From positions 288,001-352,000 of the forward strand of contig CAWCKY010000004.1 in the NCBI GenBank assembly GCA_963796275.1: a stretch of DNA of 64,000 bases, read 5' to 3'. The DNA comes from an uncultured Acidobacteriota bacterium (lineage in GTDB: Bacteria; Acidobacteriota; Blastocatellia; RBC074). The translations under genes and the position numbers were made by a program. This document shows, in pieces, positions 38,871 to 50,089 of this stretch. The stretch's first letter is position 1, and every line of letters starts with the position of its first letter. Below the pieces are notes generated by a model, which worked only from the letters and a program-made list of their open reading frames with translations, was not told the DNA's origin and did not search any database.

Positions 38871-38913
38871 CAGGAAACTTATGTCAGAGGTAAGTGAGGT
38901 ACAGGTGGGAATC

Positions 38914-40410
<1,497 letters not shown>

Positions 40411-40448
40411 CTTAGTCCCATTCTCGTTGGCGAACCCTGCCGTTAATA

Positions 40449-43400
40449 TCACTCCTTCGTGATCGTCTCGTCCAAATTCAAAAGCGCGCTCATAACAATT
40501 GTCCACGCGGCCAATTCCCGATTATCTATCCGATGAGCCGATTTCGAGTCGCCAACGCGTACTATTTCATCCGCCGCTTCCCGCTCAGCGCGATAGTGCG
40601 AAAGCTGTTTATCCAACAGTGAACGAAGCAAATTCAGTTCCGGCTTGGTCGGTTTGCGCGATGTCGCCAGCCGAAATGCATAGACGATTCGGCCGTTCGC
40701 GTCTTTACCGCCCTCTCGCCACGCCCGCTGCGCCAGCGCACGGGCCGCTTCCACGTATGTCGGATCGTTCATCAAGACCAGAGCCTGTAATGGGGTGTTG
40801 GTCAACGCCCTTCGCGCGACGCATTTCTCCCTGTCCGGCGCGTCGAATGTCGCGAGCGTTGCCGGCGGCGCAGTTCGTTTCCAGAATGTGTACATGCTGC
40901 GGCGATACAAATTCCCGGCGTGACTTTGTTCATATGACTGGGCCGAGAAACCGTCCCCAAATGCCAATTCCTCCCAGATACCCGCCGGCTGATAGGGGAA
41001 GACGCTCGGGCCGCCGATCTCTCCGTTCAGCAATCCGCTGAGGGCGAGCGCGTTATCGCGAACTATCTCCGCCTGCAACCGGAATCGAGGTCCGCGAGCG
41101 AGCAGGCGATTATCAGGGTCTTTTTCCAGCAACAGTGGCGTTACCCTGGAAGATTGTCTGTAGGTAGCCGACGTGACGATCAGCCGCTGCATCGCCTTGA
41201 TGTCCCAGCCCGTGCGGATGAATTCGGTCGCCAGCCAGTCGAGGAGTTCTGGATGAACCGGCGGTTCCCCCTGCGACCCGAAATCCTCGGCAGTCTTCAC
41301 AATCCCATGGCCGAAGTAGAGCTGCCAGTAACGATTCACCGCCACTCGCGCGGTCAGCGGATGGTTCGGATCTACCAGCCACCTGGCCAGATCGAGGCGG
41401 TTCGGCAATGCCTTTCCTTCCGCTCCGTCCCCCCCAGGTCCTGCCCCTGATCCTGCCCCGTTTGCCCCGTTTGCCCCGCCAGGTCTCAAAGGCGGCAAAA
41501 CGGCGAGCGTGTCCGGAGTCACTTTCTCCGTTTTGTTGCGGTAATCACCACGAGTGAGGATGTAAGTTTCGCGCGGGACCGAGCGCTCGCCCATCACCAT
41601 GACCGTGAGAATGCCTTTCTCCAGTATCTCTTTCTCTTTTCTCAGGGCTTTCAGCTCGGCCTGTGTTTTCTTCAAATCATCGGGCGCAATGAAGGTCAAG
41701 TAGTATTCGCGCAGGCGGTCGCTCTCTTCCTTCGTCCGTTTTCCGCTCACGCCGGAGAGAATGGTCTGTATCGGATAGCGGATCGCCAGGTCTTCGATCT
41801 CCGACTGCTTCAGACCGCACCTGTAGAATCGCAGATCATCGATTCCACCGCTGTAAGCGCGCCCCGTCTCTTTGCTCCCGAGCAGCAACTCTGCGTCGTT
41901 TTTTATCGTGCCTTTGAAATTATCCTGTATAACCTCGACCTCGGCGAGTTTACCATTTAGGTAGACGTTCAACCCGGAAGCCTTGCCCGAGCCGTCATAA
42001 ATGATGGCCAGATGTTTCCATTCGCCGTTGTAAAAGAGCTCCCTGGTTCGGATGCGAATCGCACTGTCCGGCCAGTTCGCGATCAACCGGATGGTCAGAG
42101 GCGCAGCCCACCTCTGGATATCAAAGAGCTGTGTCTGTTCGAAGGCCAATTCGTAACCGCGCCTCGTCTGATCATCTTCGATCTTCTCGAAAACAATATT
42201 GGGGATATTTCCAATACTAGGGCGCATCCAGACGGCAAAAGTGAATTCGCCATCGAGCGCATCCGCCGTTCCAAAACTCAGTCTCGTCTGCCCATCGAGA
42301 GAGACAGCCCGTCCGACCTGTCCGGCTCCGAATGTCGGGTCTCCGGCGACTGTCTTTCCATGGCGGTAATTTCCCGAAGAGTCCGACAGGCTGCCGTCGA
42401 GGTCGTAGAGCGCGACCAGATTGTCGCGTGGAGCTACCGCGGGCTTCCCTGCCGAAGCTTTCTCCCAGGTCTCCTCGAGCGGCCCGATCTTTTGGTCAGC
42501 CAGCGCTGCCACGCGCTCCTTGATCGCTATATCCAATTCCTCCTGTTTCCTCTTCTCATCCCCCGTCGGCATCGGCAGAAACGGCTGCGCATTTCCGCGC
42601 TGGCCATCGAGACCCTTCTCGCTCACGTTATTAAAGAAAGCATAAAACTGGTAGAACTCCTTATGGGAGATCGGATCATATTTATGAGTGTGGCAGCGGG
42701 CACAACCCATCGTCATACCCATCCACGTCGTCGCAGTTGTCTCGACACGATCGACGGTGTATTCGTTCAGATACTCCTCGGGGATCGCGCCGCCCTCGTA
42801 GTTGATCATGTGATTGCGGTTGAACCCCGACGCAATCTTCTGCTCCATCGTCGCATTCGGCAGCAAATCGCCCGCCAATTGCTCGATCGTAAATCGGTCG
42901 TACGGCTTGTTCGCGTTGAATGCTGCGATCACCCAGTCGCGCCACGGCCACATGTCGCGATGGCTGTCGATGTGATACCCGTGCGTGTCGGCGTAACGCG
43001 CGAGGTCCAGCCATTGCATCGCCATTCGCTCTCCATAGCGAGGCGATGCCAACAATTTATCAACCACCTTCTCGTATGCATCCGGCGATTTGTCTGCGAG
43101 GAATGCGTCTACGTCGGCTGGCGTTGGCGGCAGGCCCGTCAGATCGAGATAGACGCGTCGCAAGAGCGTGATCTTGTCGGCTTCCGGCGATGGTTTGAGT
43201 CCTTCTTTTTCGAGACGCGCGAGAATAAAGCTATCGATCGGATTGCGAACCCAATTCGCATTCTTGACCTGCGGCTCGGCCGGACGCTTAGGCGCAACAT
43301 AAGCCCAATGTTCATTCCATTGCGCGCCTTCTTCGATCCATCGTTTCAGCAGCCCGACCTGATCGCTCGTCAGTTTATGGCCCGATTCCGGCGGCGGCAT

Positions 43401-43721
43401 CATGACGTTCGGATCTTTTGAGGTGATCCGCATCACCAATTTCGACTTGGCCGGATCGCCGGCCACTATGACGCCCTGCTTGGCGAATGCGCCTTCTTTT
43501 GTATCCAGCCGCAACTTCGCCATCCGCTGCTGATCGTCCGGTCCATGGCAGGTAAAACAATTATCCGAAAGAATCGGACGAATATCGCGGTTGAAGTCAA
43601 CCGGCTTGATCTTCGGATCGTCAGCCGAAACTCCCAGCAACTGACTTGAACAGTAAATCGCCACTGCAAAAGCCAATATTGTGAGCTGAGTTCTACGCTT
43701 CAGGCGCCCCATGCGCTCCAT
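40449..43721 (-). CDS. Planctomycete cytochrome c + DUF1549 + LamG + DUF1553 domain protein
   Basis: DFNRDIRPILSDNCFTCHG, WLDLARYADTHG, CARCH, LamG-like G.IDDLRFY, RRSMYTFWKR, TPLQAL.LMN. GGAGG before 43721. Confidence 0.9.
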   Translation of the reverse strand: MERMGRLKRRTQLTILAFAVAIYCSSQLLGVSADDPKIKPVDFNRDIRPILSDNCFTCHGPDDQQRMAKLRLDTKEGAFAKQGVIVAGDPAKSKLVMRITSKDPNVMMPPPESGHKLTSDQVGLLKRWIEEGAQWNEHWAYVAPKRPAEPQVKNANWVRNPIDSFILARLEKEGLKPSPEADKITLLRRVYLDLTGLPPTPADVDAFLADKSPDAYEKVVDKLLASPRYGERMAMQWLDLARYADTHGYHIDSHRDMWPWRDWVIAAFNANKPYDRFTIEQLAGDLLPNATMEQKIASGFNRNHMINYEGGAIPEEYLNEYTVDRVETTATTWMGMTMGCARCHTHKYDPISHKEFYQFYAFFNNVSEKGLDGQRGNAQPFLPMPTGDEKRKQEELDIAIKERVAALADQKIGPLEETWEKASAGKPAVAPRDNLVALYDLDGSLSDSSGNYRHGKTVAGDPTFGAGQVGRAVSLDGQTRLSFGTADALDGEFTFAVWMRPSIGNIPNIVFEKIEDDQTRRGYELAFEQTQLFDIQRWAAPLTIRLIANWPDSAIRIRTRELFYNGEWKHLAIIYDGSGKASGLNVYLNGKLAEVEVIQDNFKGTIKNDAELLLGSKETGRAYSGGIDDLRFYRCGLKQSEIEDLAIRYPIQTILSGVSGKRTKEESDRLREYYLTFIAPDDLKKTQAELKALRKEKEILEKGILTVMVMGERSVPRETYILTRGDYRNKTEKVTPDTLAVLPPLRPGGANGANGAGSGAGPGGDGAEGKALPNRLDLARWLVDPNHPLTARVAVNRYWQLYFGHGIVKTAEDFGSQGEPPVHPELLDWLATEFIRTGWDIKAMQRLIVTSATYRQSSRVTPLLLEKDPDNRLLARGPRFRLQAEIVRDNALALSGLLNGEIGGPSVFPYQPAGIWEELAFGDGFSAQSYEQSHAGNLYRRSMYTFWKRTAPPATLATFDAPDREKCVARRALTNTPLQALVLMNDPTYVEAARALAQRAWREGGKDANGRIVYAFRLATSRKPTKPELNLLRSLLDKQLSHYRAEREAADEIVRVGDSKSAHRIDNRELAAWTIVMSALLNLDETITKE

Positions 43722-43800
43722 TTCGAACCCTCCCAGGAATGAACCTTGTTTATTGAATGATAGCAACAATATACGCCGAGTCTTAGTATGACGCAATGGA

Positions 43801-43906
43801 GGCGGTTGTCGGTTATCGGTTGGCGGTTGGCGGTTGGCGGTTGGCGGTATTATCATTACTATCGCGAACCGATAACACTATCGCGAACCGACAACCGACA
43901 ACCGAC
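43801..43906. repeat. Palindromic heptamer repeat, GC variant (CGGTTGG)n...(ACCGACA)n
   Basis: Six CGGTT(G/A)(G/T) units, then inverted AACCGAC units with a duplicated ACTATCGCGAACCGA. Confidence 0.8.
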
Positions 43907-44069
43907 AGAAATGTAGTACAAAAATGTAAGCTCTATCACTTTAACAACTTATAAGCAGACCTTAACATAAAGTTATATTGACTCCAGATTAGATCGATGG
44001 CAATATATCGGGGTCTGTACTTTTACGAAATATATTTCAGGAGATGAAATACTTCAGCGGGAAATTGCT

Positions 44070-44420
44070 ATGAATGTTAGGAACATCTTTATCGGAAACA
44101 TCTTCATAAAGATACCGACATTTATCCTGGTAATGGTAGTTAGCTTTGGCATAACTACACATGCGGTCAGGGCAATCGCGACAATTTCGGAATCAGAGAC
44201 CGAAAAGGTTGACCCGCAAGAAGAGAAAAAGCTCGTTCAACGTTTAAATTTATCGAAACTATCCCGACACACTCGGATAAGAAATGTGCTTCCATTCCTG
44301 GAGACGGGAGAGGAATCGAGGCCAGTTGAATCCACCGGTTATCGGGAACCCGCCATTTATTATCAGCGAACTCACAAGATTCCGATACTTCGAGCCCCCC
44401 CGACCAGCATTCCCATCTAG
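44070..44420 (+). CDS. Putative secreted leader/arrest peptide ending in RAPP
   Basis: Hydrophobic N-terminal segment ending AVRA, a polar linker, and C-terminal ...IPILRAPPTSIPI*. Confidence 0.6.
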   Translation: MNVRNIFIGNIFIKIPTFILVMVVSFGITTHAVRAIATISESETEKVDPQEEKKLVQRLNLSKLSRHTRIRNVLPFLETGEESRPVESTGYREPAIYYQRTHKIPILRAPPTSIPI

Positions 44421-45042
44421 CCGGCACAAATACGCTTATACACTTGAAATTCCGTTTCCGGCATGTAAGACATATATGGAGATGGGAAAAGTGTATATTT
44501 TGTTTACGGCATTCTCTACAAATAATAAAGATCCACTGCTCTATCAGGCAATACCGCGCGCTGCGTGAAGGATTATCACTATCTATTCCGCGTCACATAG
44601 CAGGTAGGCTTGTATGCCCCGTCTGTATGCAAGTAACTAGATGTGTGTCAGCGCTGGGTGTGTGACAAAAGATAGAGCAGGTTATCAACGTGTCCCTACC
44701 CATTTTCATGGGGGTGGTTCGTGTTCACACGGTCTACTCCATCAAACAATAGGAACCGGGCAGGACGGGTTTGTAATCTGCCAACATATAAAGGTGTGCA
44801 AAATAAGACCAAGAGCAATCAGCGAACTCGAGTTCAACGCACAGGTGCGATATGTCTATTATTCAGCTTTCTAGGCGACACTTGGTCAATCACGTACGAC
44901 TTTCGGTCGTATTCACATTTCGCCCCGCTGAAGCTTGATATGAGGATGATCTTGATAAATTCGCAGGAGCTATAAACATCCGGAACTATTGATAACAGAT
45001 AACATTTAAATGGCACGCTTCACATAGCTGAGGAGTTGAAAA

Positions 45043-45687
45043 ATGGAAGAACTGGTTCAAGGTATTCATCAATTCCAAACCTCTTACTTTTGCTCGCAAC
45101 AGGAGCTATTCGAACGTCTCGCTACCGGTCAGAATCCGATGGCGCTTCTTATCACCTGCTCTGACTCGCGTATTTCGCCCGACATATTGATGCAGACGAA
45201 ACCGGGAGATGTTTTCATACTGCGCAACGCGGGAAACATAATTCCTCCCTACGGAGCATCGAGAGGTGGTGAAGAGGCGACTATCGAATATGCCGTCAGA
45301 GCTCTCGACGTCAAACACATTATCGTCTGCGGCCATTCTCTCTGCGGAGCAGTTAAAGCGCTTCTTCATCCCGAAGAGGTGGTTGAGATGCCTGCGGTAG
45401 CCAACTGGCTCTCCCACGCGGAGGCCACTCGCCGGATCGTAAAGGAGAATTACGGCCATCTCGACGACGGTTCCCAATATAAAGCCGCCATCGAAGAGCA
45501 CGTCCTCGTCCAATTGGAAAATCTCAGGACGCATCCCTCAGTCGCCGCAAAACTTTCGAAAGGTGACCTCACACTGCATGGGTGGGTTTATAAGATCGAA
45601 GCAGGTGACGTATACAGCTATAACCCGGCGCAAGGTCAATTCGAATCTTTAACCTCAAAAGCAGTAATAGCTGGAAAGGAGAGTTAA
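45043..45687 (+). CDS. Beta-class carbonic anhydrase
   Basis: CSDSR, RNAGN, IEYAV, CGHSLCGA zinc ligands. GAGGAG RBS. Confidence 0.96.
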   Translation: MEELVQGIHQFQTSYFCSQQELFERLATGQNPMALLITCSDSRISPDILMQTKPGDVFILRNAGNIIPPYGASRGGEEATIEYAVRALDVKHIIVCGHSLCGAVKALLHPEEVVEMPAVANWLSHAEATRRIVKENYGHLDDGSQYKAAIEEHVLVQLENLRTHPSVAAKLSKGDLTLHGWVYKIEAGDVYSYNPAQGQFESLTSKAVIAGKES

Positions 45688-45689
45688 CA

Positions 45690-47084
45690 GTGTTTAAAGA
45701 AGCTCAGCTAAAGACCTCGAAAAATGCTTCACAGCCCAACAAAGAAAGTTTATTGGGACGATTGAAGTACTACATGACACCCGTCGATGGCAGGTACGAG
45801 GACCTGCACAATGGAAAATGGTATCTGAATGTATTCAGAGATTTCACCGCCGGCTTGATTGTAGCGATGGTAGCGATCCCGCTCGCCATGGGATTCGCCA
45901 TGGCATCAGGTCTTCGACCTGAGCAGGGGATCGTAGGCGGTGCGGTCGCTGGATTGCTGGGGGCGCTTTTTGGAGGCTCAAAGTATCAGGTTTACGGGCC
46001 AACGGCTGCCTTCATACCGGTCATCGGCGGAATTATGGCAGCCTATAACTACCAATTCCTCGTGCTGGCATCATTTACCGCCGGCATCATACTCATGCTC
46101 ATGGGAGTGGCGAAACTCGGCCGACTTTCGATGTACGTTCCGCACTCGATCGTTGTCGGTTTCACTATCGGCATTGCATGTGTCATTGCATTATCTCAAG
46201 TAGGCGAGGTACTCGGACTAAAGGCGAAACTTGGTTATGGATTCTTCGAGAAGCTGCAAACAATCTGGGGGAGCCTGGGAGAGATAAGTATTTATGCGAT
46301 AATTCTAGGGTTGGGTACATTTATCTTAACCAAAGCGATCCTGAGGATTTCAATCTACCTTCCAGCGCCTTTGATCGCCATCGGAATCACGACTGCCCTT
46401 GCCGCAACAGTGTGGAAAGACAAAGGCCTCGTTTTGGTGAAGGACAAATATGGCAGTATCCCAACCGACTTCTGGGTTTTCACGCCGCCAGAGGCATTGG
46501 CGATTCCCGTGAATATGACCGTTATCGGGGATTTCGCCTATTACGTAGTCGCTATCATCTTCGTAGCGGCGATCGAAAGCCTTCTCTGTTCGCGGATGGC
46601 GGATCGACTGGCCGGAAACAAAGGGCGTCCCTTCGACCCCAATAAAGAGCTCTGGGGCCAGGGGATGGTCAATGCTGTGGTTCCTATGTTGAATGGTTTT
46701 CCGCACACCGGCGCGCTCGCCCGGACGGCGACCAATATCAAACTGGGCGCCATCTCCCCGCTGGCCGGCATCTTCAAATTCTCGCTGAAACTTCTCCTCG
46801 CGGCTTACCTCGCCACGTTCCTCGAGATTGTGCCGATGGCCTGCATCGGAGGCATCCTGCTTTTCGTCGCCTTCGGTATGGTGAAACCGGCGGAGGTCAA
46901 AGAGGTACTCGGGCTCAACAAATTCCATCTCGGGTTGATGGCCTACACCGCAGTCATGGTCGTTATCACCGACTTTCTCACGGGAGTGATGACCGCGATC
47001 GTGATCTATGCGTTGTTGACTCGCTTTCTCGACAAACCTGTGCAGCAAAAAGTCGAGAACGAGGAATATGCAGCCGCCGACTGA
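45690..47084 (+). CDS. SulP/SLC26 anion (probably bicarbonate) transporter lacking a STAS domain
   Basis: DFTAGLIVAMVAIPLAMGFA, GPTAA, ESLL, N.EL.GQG..N, ARTATNI..GA. The protein ends just after the last TM. Confidence 0.92.
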   Translation: MFKEAQLKTSKNASQPNKESLLGRLKYYMTPVDGRYEDLHNGKWYLNVFRDFTAGLIVAMVAIPLAMGFAMASGLRPEQGIVGGAVAGLLGALFGGSKYQVYGPTAAFIPVIGGIMAAYNYQFLVLASFTAGIILMLMGVAKLGRLSMYVPHSIVVGFTIGIACVIALSQVGEVLGLKAKLGYGFFEKLQTIWGSLGEISIYAIILGLGTFILTKAILRISIYLPAPLIAIGITTALAATVWKDKGLVLVKDKYGSIPTDFWVFTPPEALAIPVNMTVIGDFAYYVVAIIFVAAIESLLCSRMADRLAGNKGRPFDPNKELWGQGMVNAVVPMLNGFPHTGALARTATNIKLGAISPLAGIFKFSLKLLLAAYLATFLEIVPMACIGGILLFVAFGMVKPAEVKEVLGLNKFHLGLMAYTAVMVVITDFLTGVMTAIVIYALLTRFLDKPVQQKVENEEYAAAD

Positions 47085-47094
47085 GATGCATACA

Positions 47095-47170
47095 AAGTGA
47101 AAAGCGAAAAGGCAAAAGCGGAAATATTCCGTTCTTTTGCCTTTTTGCATTTTTTGCCCTTTTGGCATTT
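47095..47170. repeat. A-rich/T-rich imperfect palindromic repeat downstream of SulP
   Basis: AAAAGCGAAAAGGCAAAAG...CTTTTGCCTTTTTGCATTTT. It may also act as a terminator. Confidence 0.6.
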
Positions 47171-47280
47171 ATTCCGATCCGACCACTGGCTTTTTCAGCA
47201 ATCTCAGCAAAAAACCGGCAATAAGCAAAAAGACCGGTCTCCTGCGGTTTGTTAAGCTCTCGTAAAGGAGGGAGAAACAA

Positions 47281-48000
47281 ATGCGCAGACGAAACTACAC
47301 CTTTACCATTCTATTTGTTTGCTTACCGCTCTTTCTCGCGGGAGCTGCCCGGGCGGATGAGACGAGCGACGCGTTAGCGCGCGGTAACGATGCCTTTCAT
47401 CGCGGCCAGTATGAAATCGCGATATTCCAGTACCGTGCGGTATTGGCCTGGCATGGACCTCATCAGGCGCGCGCATATTTTAACATCGGGGTCTGCCAGC
47501 ATAAGCTTGGACGACTGAATGAAGCTATTATCGAGTATCGTAAAGCTATCAAATTACGAAACGGCCAGTATCCATCGGCTTCTTACGCACTGGGCATCGC
47601 CCTGCAGAGTATGGGAGAAACAGGTCGGGCGCGGGAGGCCTTTCAACAGGCGGTGAAAGCTTCCGCCGGAAGGCATGCCGAAGCGATTTTCGAATTAGGG
47701 CTCGAATCACATCGTAACAGTAAACTCGAATTGGCCGTTGATTATTACCGCCGAGCCATCGAACAATCGAAAGATGGCATTCCCGCTTGCCACAATAATC
47801 TCGGCGTAATCCACGCAACACTCGGAGAGTTAGAAGACGCGATGCGAGAGTTCCAAATCGCGCTCAAACAGTCAAAAAACAGATTCGCGGAAGCCCGCGA
47901 AAATCTGGAACTCTGCCGCCGCATAACGATATCTCCGTCATTGGTCGCGACACTCAAGGCAAGCGATCTCCTGCCCCATCAGCGTCTGTCTTGTGAGTGA
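47281..48000 (+). CDS. Secreted TPR-repeat protein
   Basis: Signal peptide (…GAARA) and repeats of the AYFNIG...LG...EA...Y.KAI and HNNLG type. Confidence 0.85.
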   Translation: MRRRNYTFTILFVCLPLFLAGAARADETSDALARGNDAFHRGQYEIAIFQYRAVLAWHGPHQARAYFNIGVCQHKLGRLNEAIIEYRKAIKLRNGQYPSASYALGIALQSMGETGRAREAFQQAVKASAGRHAEAIFELGLESHRNSKLELAVDYYRRAIEQSKDGIPACHNNLGVIHATLGELEDAMREFQIALKQSKNRFAEARENLELCRRITISPSLVATLKASDLLPHQRLSCE

Positions 48001-48144
48001 AGCGATGGTCTTATGCTACACTACATTACCGACCAGATATGAACATTATGAAGAAACGAGGTTGAGCGCGTACGAGGCACAGCTTCTCTATTTTTCTTCG
48101 TTTTCTACATTTGCCCGTATTTTGGGACAGAGGAATGTGACGAT

Positions 48145-48726
48145 ATGGTCTATCACAACATCGCAGACATCTTCGCGGCGATTGAAAAGGCGCATACACG
48201 TTTTGACGCGAGCGTCGCAGGATTGACTGATTGGCAAGAAAATTTTCGGCCGGCGCCTGATCGCTGGACGATTGCGGAGAATGTTGAGCATATAAGTATA
48301 GTCAATGGCGGCTTTCTCAGGCTCACTTTCAAATTGTTGAAACAGGCAGAAGCCAACCCGAGACCGGCGATTGCCGATCTCGAATTACCGCCGCTGACCA
48401 TGACCGATGCGGGTGAATTGAAACCCGGAAAATGGAACGCCCCGGAGATTGTACTGCCGCAGGGCGGCGTATGTGTTGCCGATGCAGCTGCAAAAATTCG
48501 ATCGGTGATAAATGACCTCTCCAATCTCAGATCGCGACTCGAATTGGTTGACTTATCCGAGCAAAATTGGCCGCATCCCATTCTCGGGCAGCTCAATCTT
48601 TATCAATGGCTGTTATTGCTTGCAGAACACGAAGAGCGGCATCGCATTCAAATCGAAACAGTGAAGGCATCGGCTGGATACCCCGCCCAGGGTAGTGGAA
48701 CTAACTCAGGCGAATCGAACCAATAG
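48145..48726 (+). CDS. DinB/YfiT-like family protein
   Basis: WTIAENVEHI, HPILG.L, HEERH..QI. Confidence 0.85.
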   Translation: MVYHNIADIFAAIEKAHTRFDASVAGLTDWQENFRPAPDRWTIAENVEHISIVNGGFLRLTFKLLKQAEANPRPAIADLELPPLTMTDAGELKPGKWNAPEIVLPQGGVCVADAAAKIRSVINDLSNLRSRLELVDLSEQNWPHPILGQLNLYQWLLLLAEHEERHRIQIETVKASAGYPAQGSGTNSGESNQ

Positions 48727-49050
48727 AATTAACGAGGCGACAGCGAGGATCAACCCGGCGATCTCATAGTAATTGAGTGTTTCCTGGAAAAACAGTACCC
48801 CGATTGCAGTCAGTAGCACTACCATGGAGATCGAGTACACTACGCCGATGGTCGCCAGTTTCAAATGCTTCATGACGAAGACCCAGCCGAAAGCCGTCGA
48901 AGCGTAAAGGACAAACCCGATATAAAACCACTTCGTCTTTAGCGACCTATCGCTCCCGCTCGCGAGTTTCAGGAAATAGTCGCCCAGTATCCCCACCAAA
49001 CTGAATCCGATGGTGACAATAATCGCGAGTGGTTTTTGATCGATCATCAC
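48706..49050 (-). CDS. Small 4-TM DMT/SMR-like membrane protein
   Basis: 114 aa with four hydrophobic helices and GVLFFQETL. Confidence 0.75.
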   Translation of the reverse strand: MMIDQKPLAIIVTIGFSLVGILGDYFLKLASGSDRSLKTKWFYIGFVLYASTAFGWVFVMKHLKLATIGVVYSISMVVLLTAIGVLFFQETLNYYEIAGLILAVASLILLVRFA

Positions 49051-49062
49051 TTTATATTAGCA

Positions 49063-49650
49063 TCATTTTAAGCCGAGCTTCTTACCAGCCGCCAGCAGGC
49101 TGAGCATTTCCCGAAGACGTTTCTCTCTCGTTTCCTCACGTTTGGCCCCTTCGATCCAACAGATGTACGCCCTTCGATACGATGGAGCCAACTGCTCGAA
49201 AAACTTCCACGCGCGCGGATCACTCTTCAATCGTGACTCGATGGATGAGGGAATCCCCGACCCGGAGGATGGTTGTGGCGCGTCGCCGCTCCTCTTTGTG
49301 GGTGCACGTTCTAACCCTGGCGCCGCCAGTAACCCGCGCGATTTCAGTTCCGCATATCGGCGGCGATTAATCGTCGACCACTTGCTATCCGCCTTTCGCG
49401 GAGTGAACTTTCGCGCATACTGCACATCATCAATCCTCTTGACGAGGCTATCGATCCATCCAAAGCACAGAGCCTCCTCGACGGCATCGGAGTAGCTGAA
49501 AGCTGTTACGACCCCAGGCTCCGATCGCTGCTTACTGAATATGAGCCATATCTCGGATTGCGAGTCGTAATGTTCGCTCAGCCACCTCCGCCACTCCTGG
49601 CGACTTCGCACTTCCAGCGTCTCGAAGGCTGCCGCATCACGCTTTCTCAT
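49063..49650 (-). CDS. YdeI/OmpD-associated family protein
   Basis: WRRWL..H, AVEEALCFGWIDS, FTPRK..SKWS..N, AKR.ETR.KR. Confidence 0.9.
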   Translation of the reverse strand: MRKRDAAAFETLEVRSRQEWRRWLSEHYDSQSEIWLIFSKQRSEPGVVTAFSYSDAVEEALCFGWIDSLVKRIDDVQYARKFTPRKADSKWSTINRRRYAELKSRGLLAAPGLERAPTKRSGDAPQPSSGSGIPSSIESRLKSDPRAWKFFEQLAPSYRRAYICWIEGAKREETREKRLREMLSLLAAGKKLGLK

Positions 49651-50083
49651 AATCGAGCAACCCCGTATGCATAATCAGCTTCCACTCTTCCCCGACCCTC
49701 GTGTAGACCTTGCAGGCTCGCCCTTTCCAAAGAAAGTCATTTCCCTGGTCATCTCTCCAAAGAGTATCCACATCAACGACTGCAAATGCCCCATCGCCTT
49801 CTTCGGTTATTACGATTTTTTTGATCTCCCGCCGATTATGAATAAGCTCATGAGTATCGAACAATCGTTGCCAGTTCTGGCTCCATCTATCGTAATTATA
49901 GCGGCCAGCCCAGAAGACCCAGTCCGTAGGATCGTGAGAAGAAGCCGTGCGGGGCCAAGGCCACACCATATCGTGGTGGAATATGGTCATCAACAGCATG
50001 ATGTCTTTGGTATTCCACGCCCTCGTCTCTCTATTGACGATCTCAATAATCTCTTGTTCGATATTTTTCAAGACTCGATCCAT
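49637..50083 (-). CDS. NTF2-like/SnoaL-like protein
   Basis: RAWN..D...L, C-terminal WKLIMHTG. Confidence 0.7.
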   Translation of the reverse strand: MDRVLKNIEQEIIEIVNRETRAWNTKDIMLLMTIFHHDMVWPWPRTASSHDPTDWVFWAGRYNYDRWSQNWQRLFDTHELIHNRREIKKIVITEEGDGAFAVVDVDTLWRDDQGNDFLWKGRACKVYTRVGEEWKLIMHTGLLDYEKA

Positions 50084-50089
50084 ATCCGT

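Noticed and set aside
42012-43421. 469-aa plus-strand ORF
   Set aside because: It is an antisense shadow of the DUF1553 gene in GC-rich coding sequence.
43722-43856. N-terminal extension of the DUF1553 protein (PTANRQPPTDNRQ)
   Set aside because: It is read-through of the heptamer repeat. A good RBS and ATG exist at 43721.
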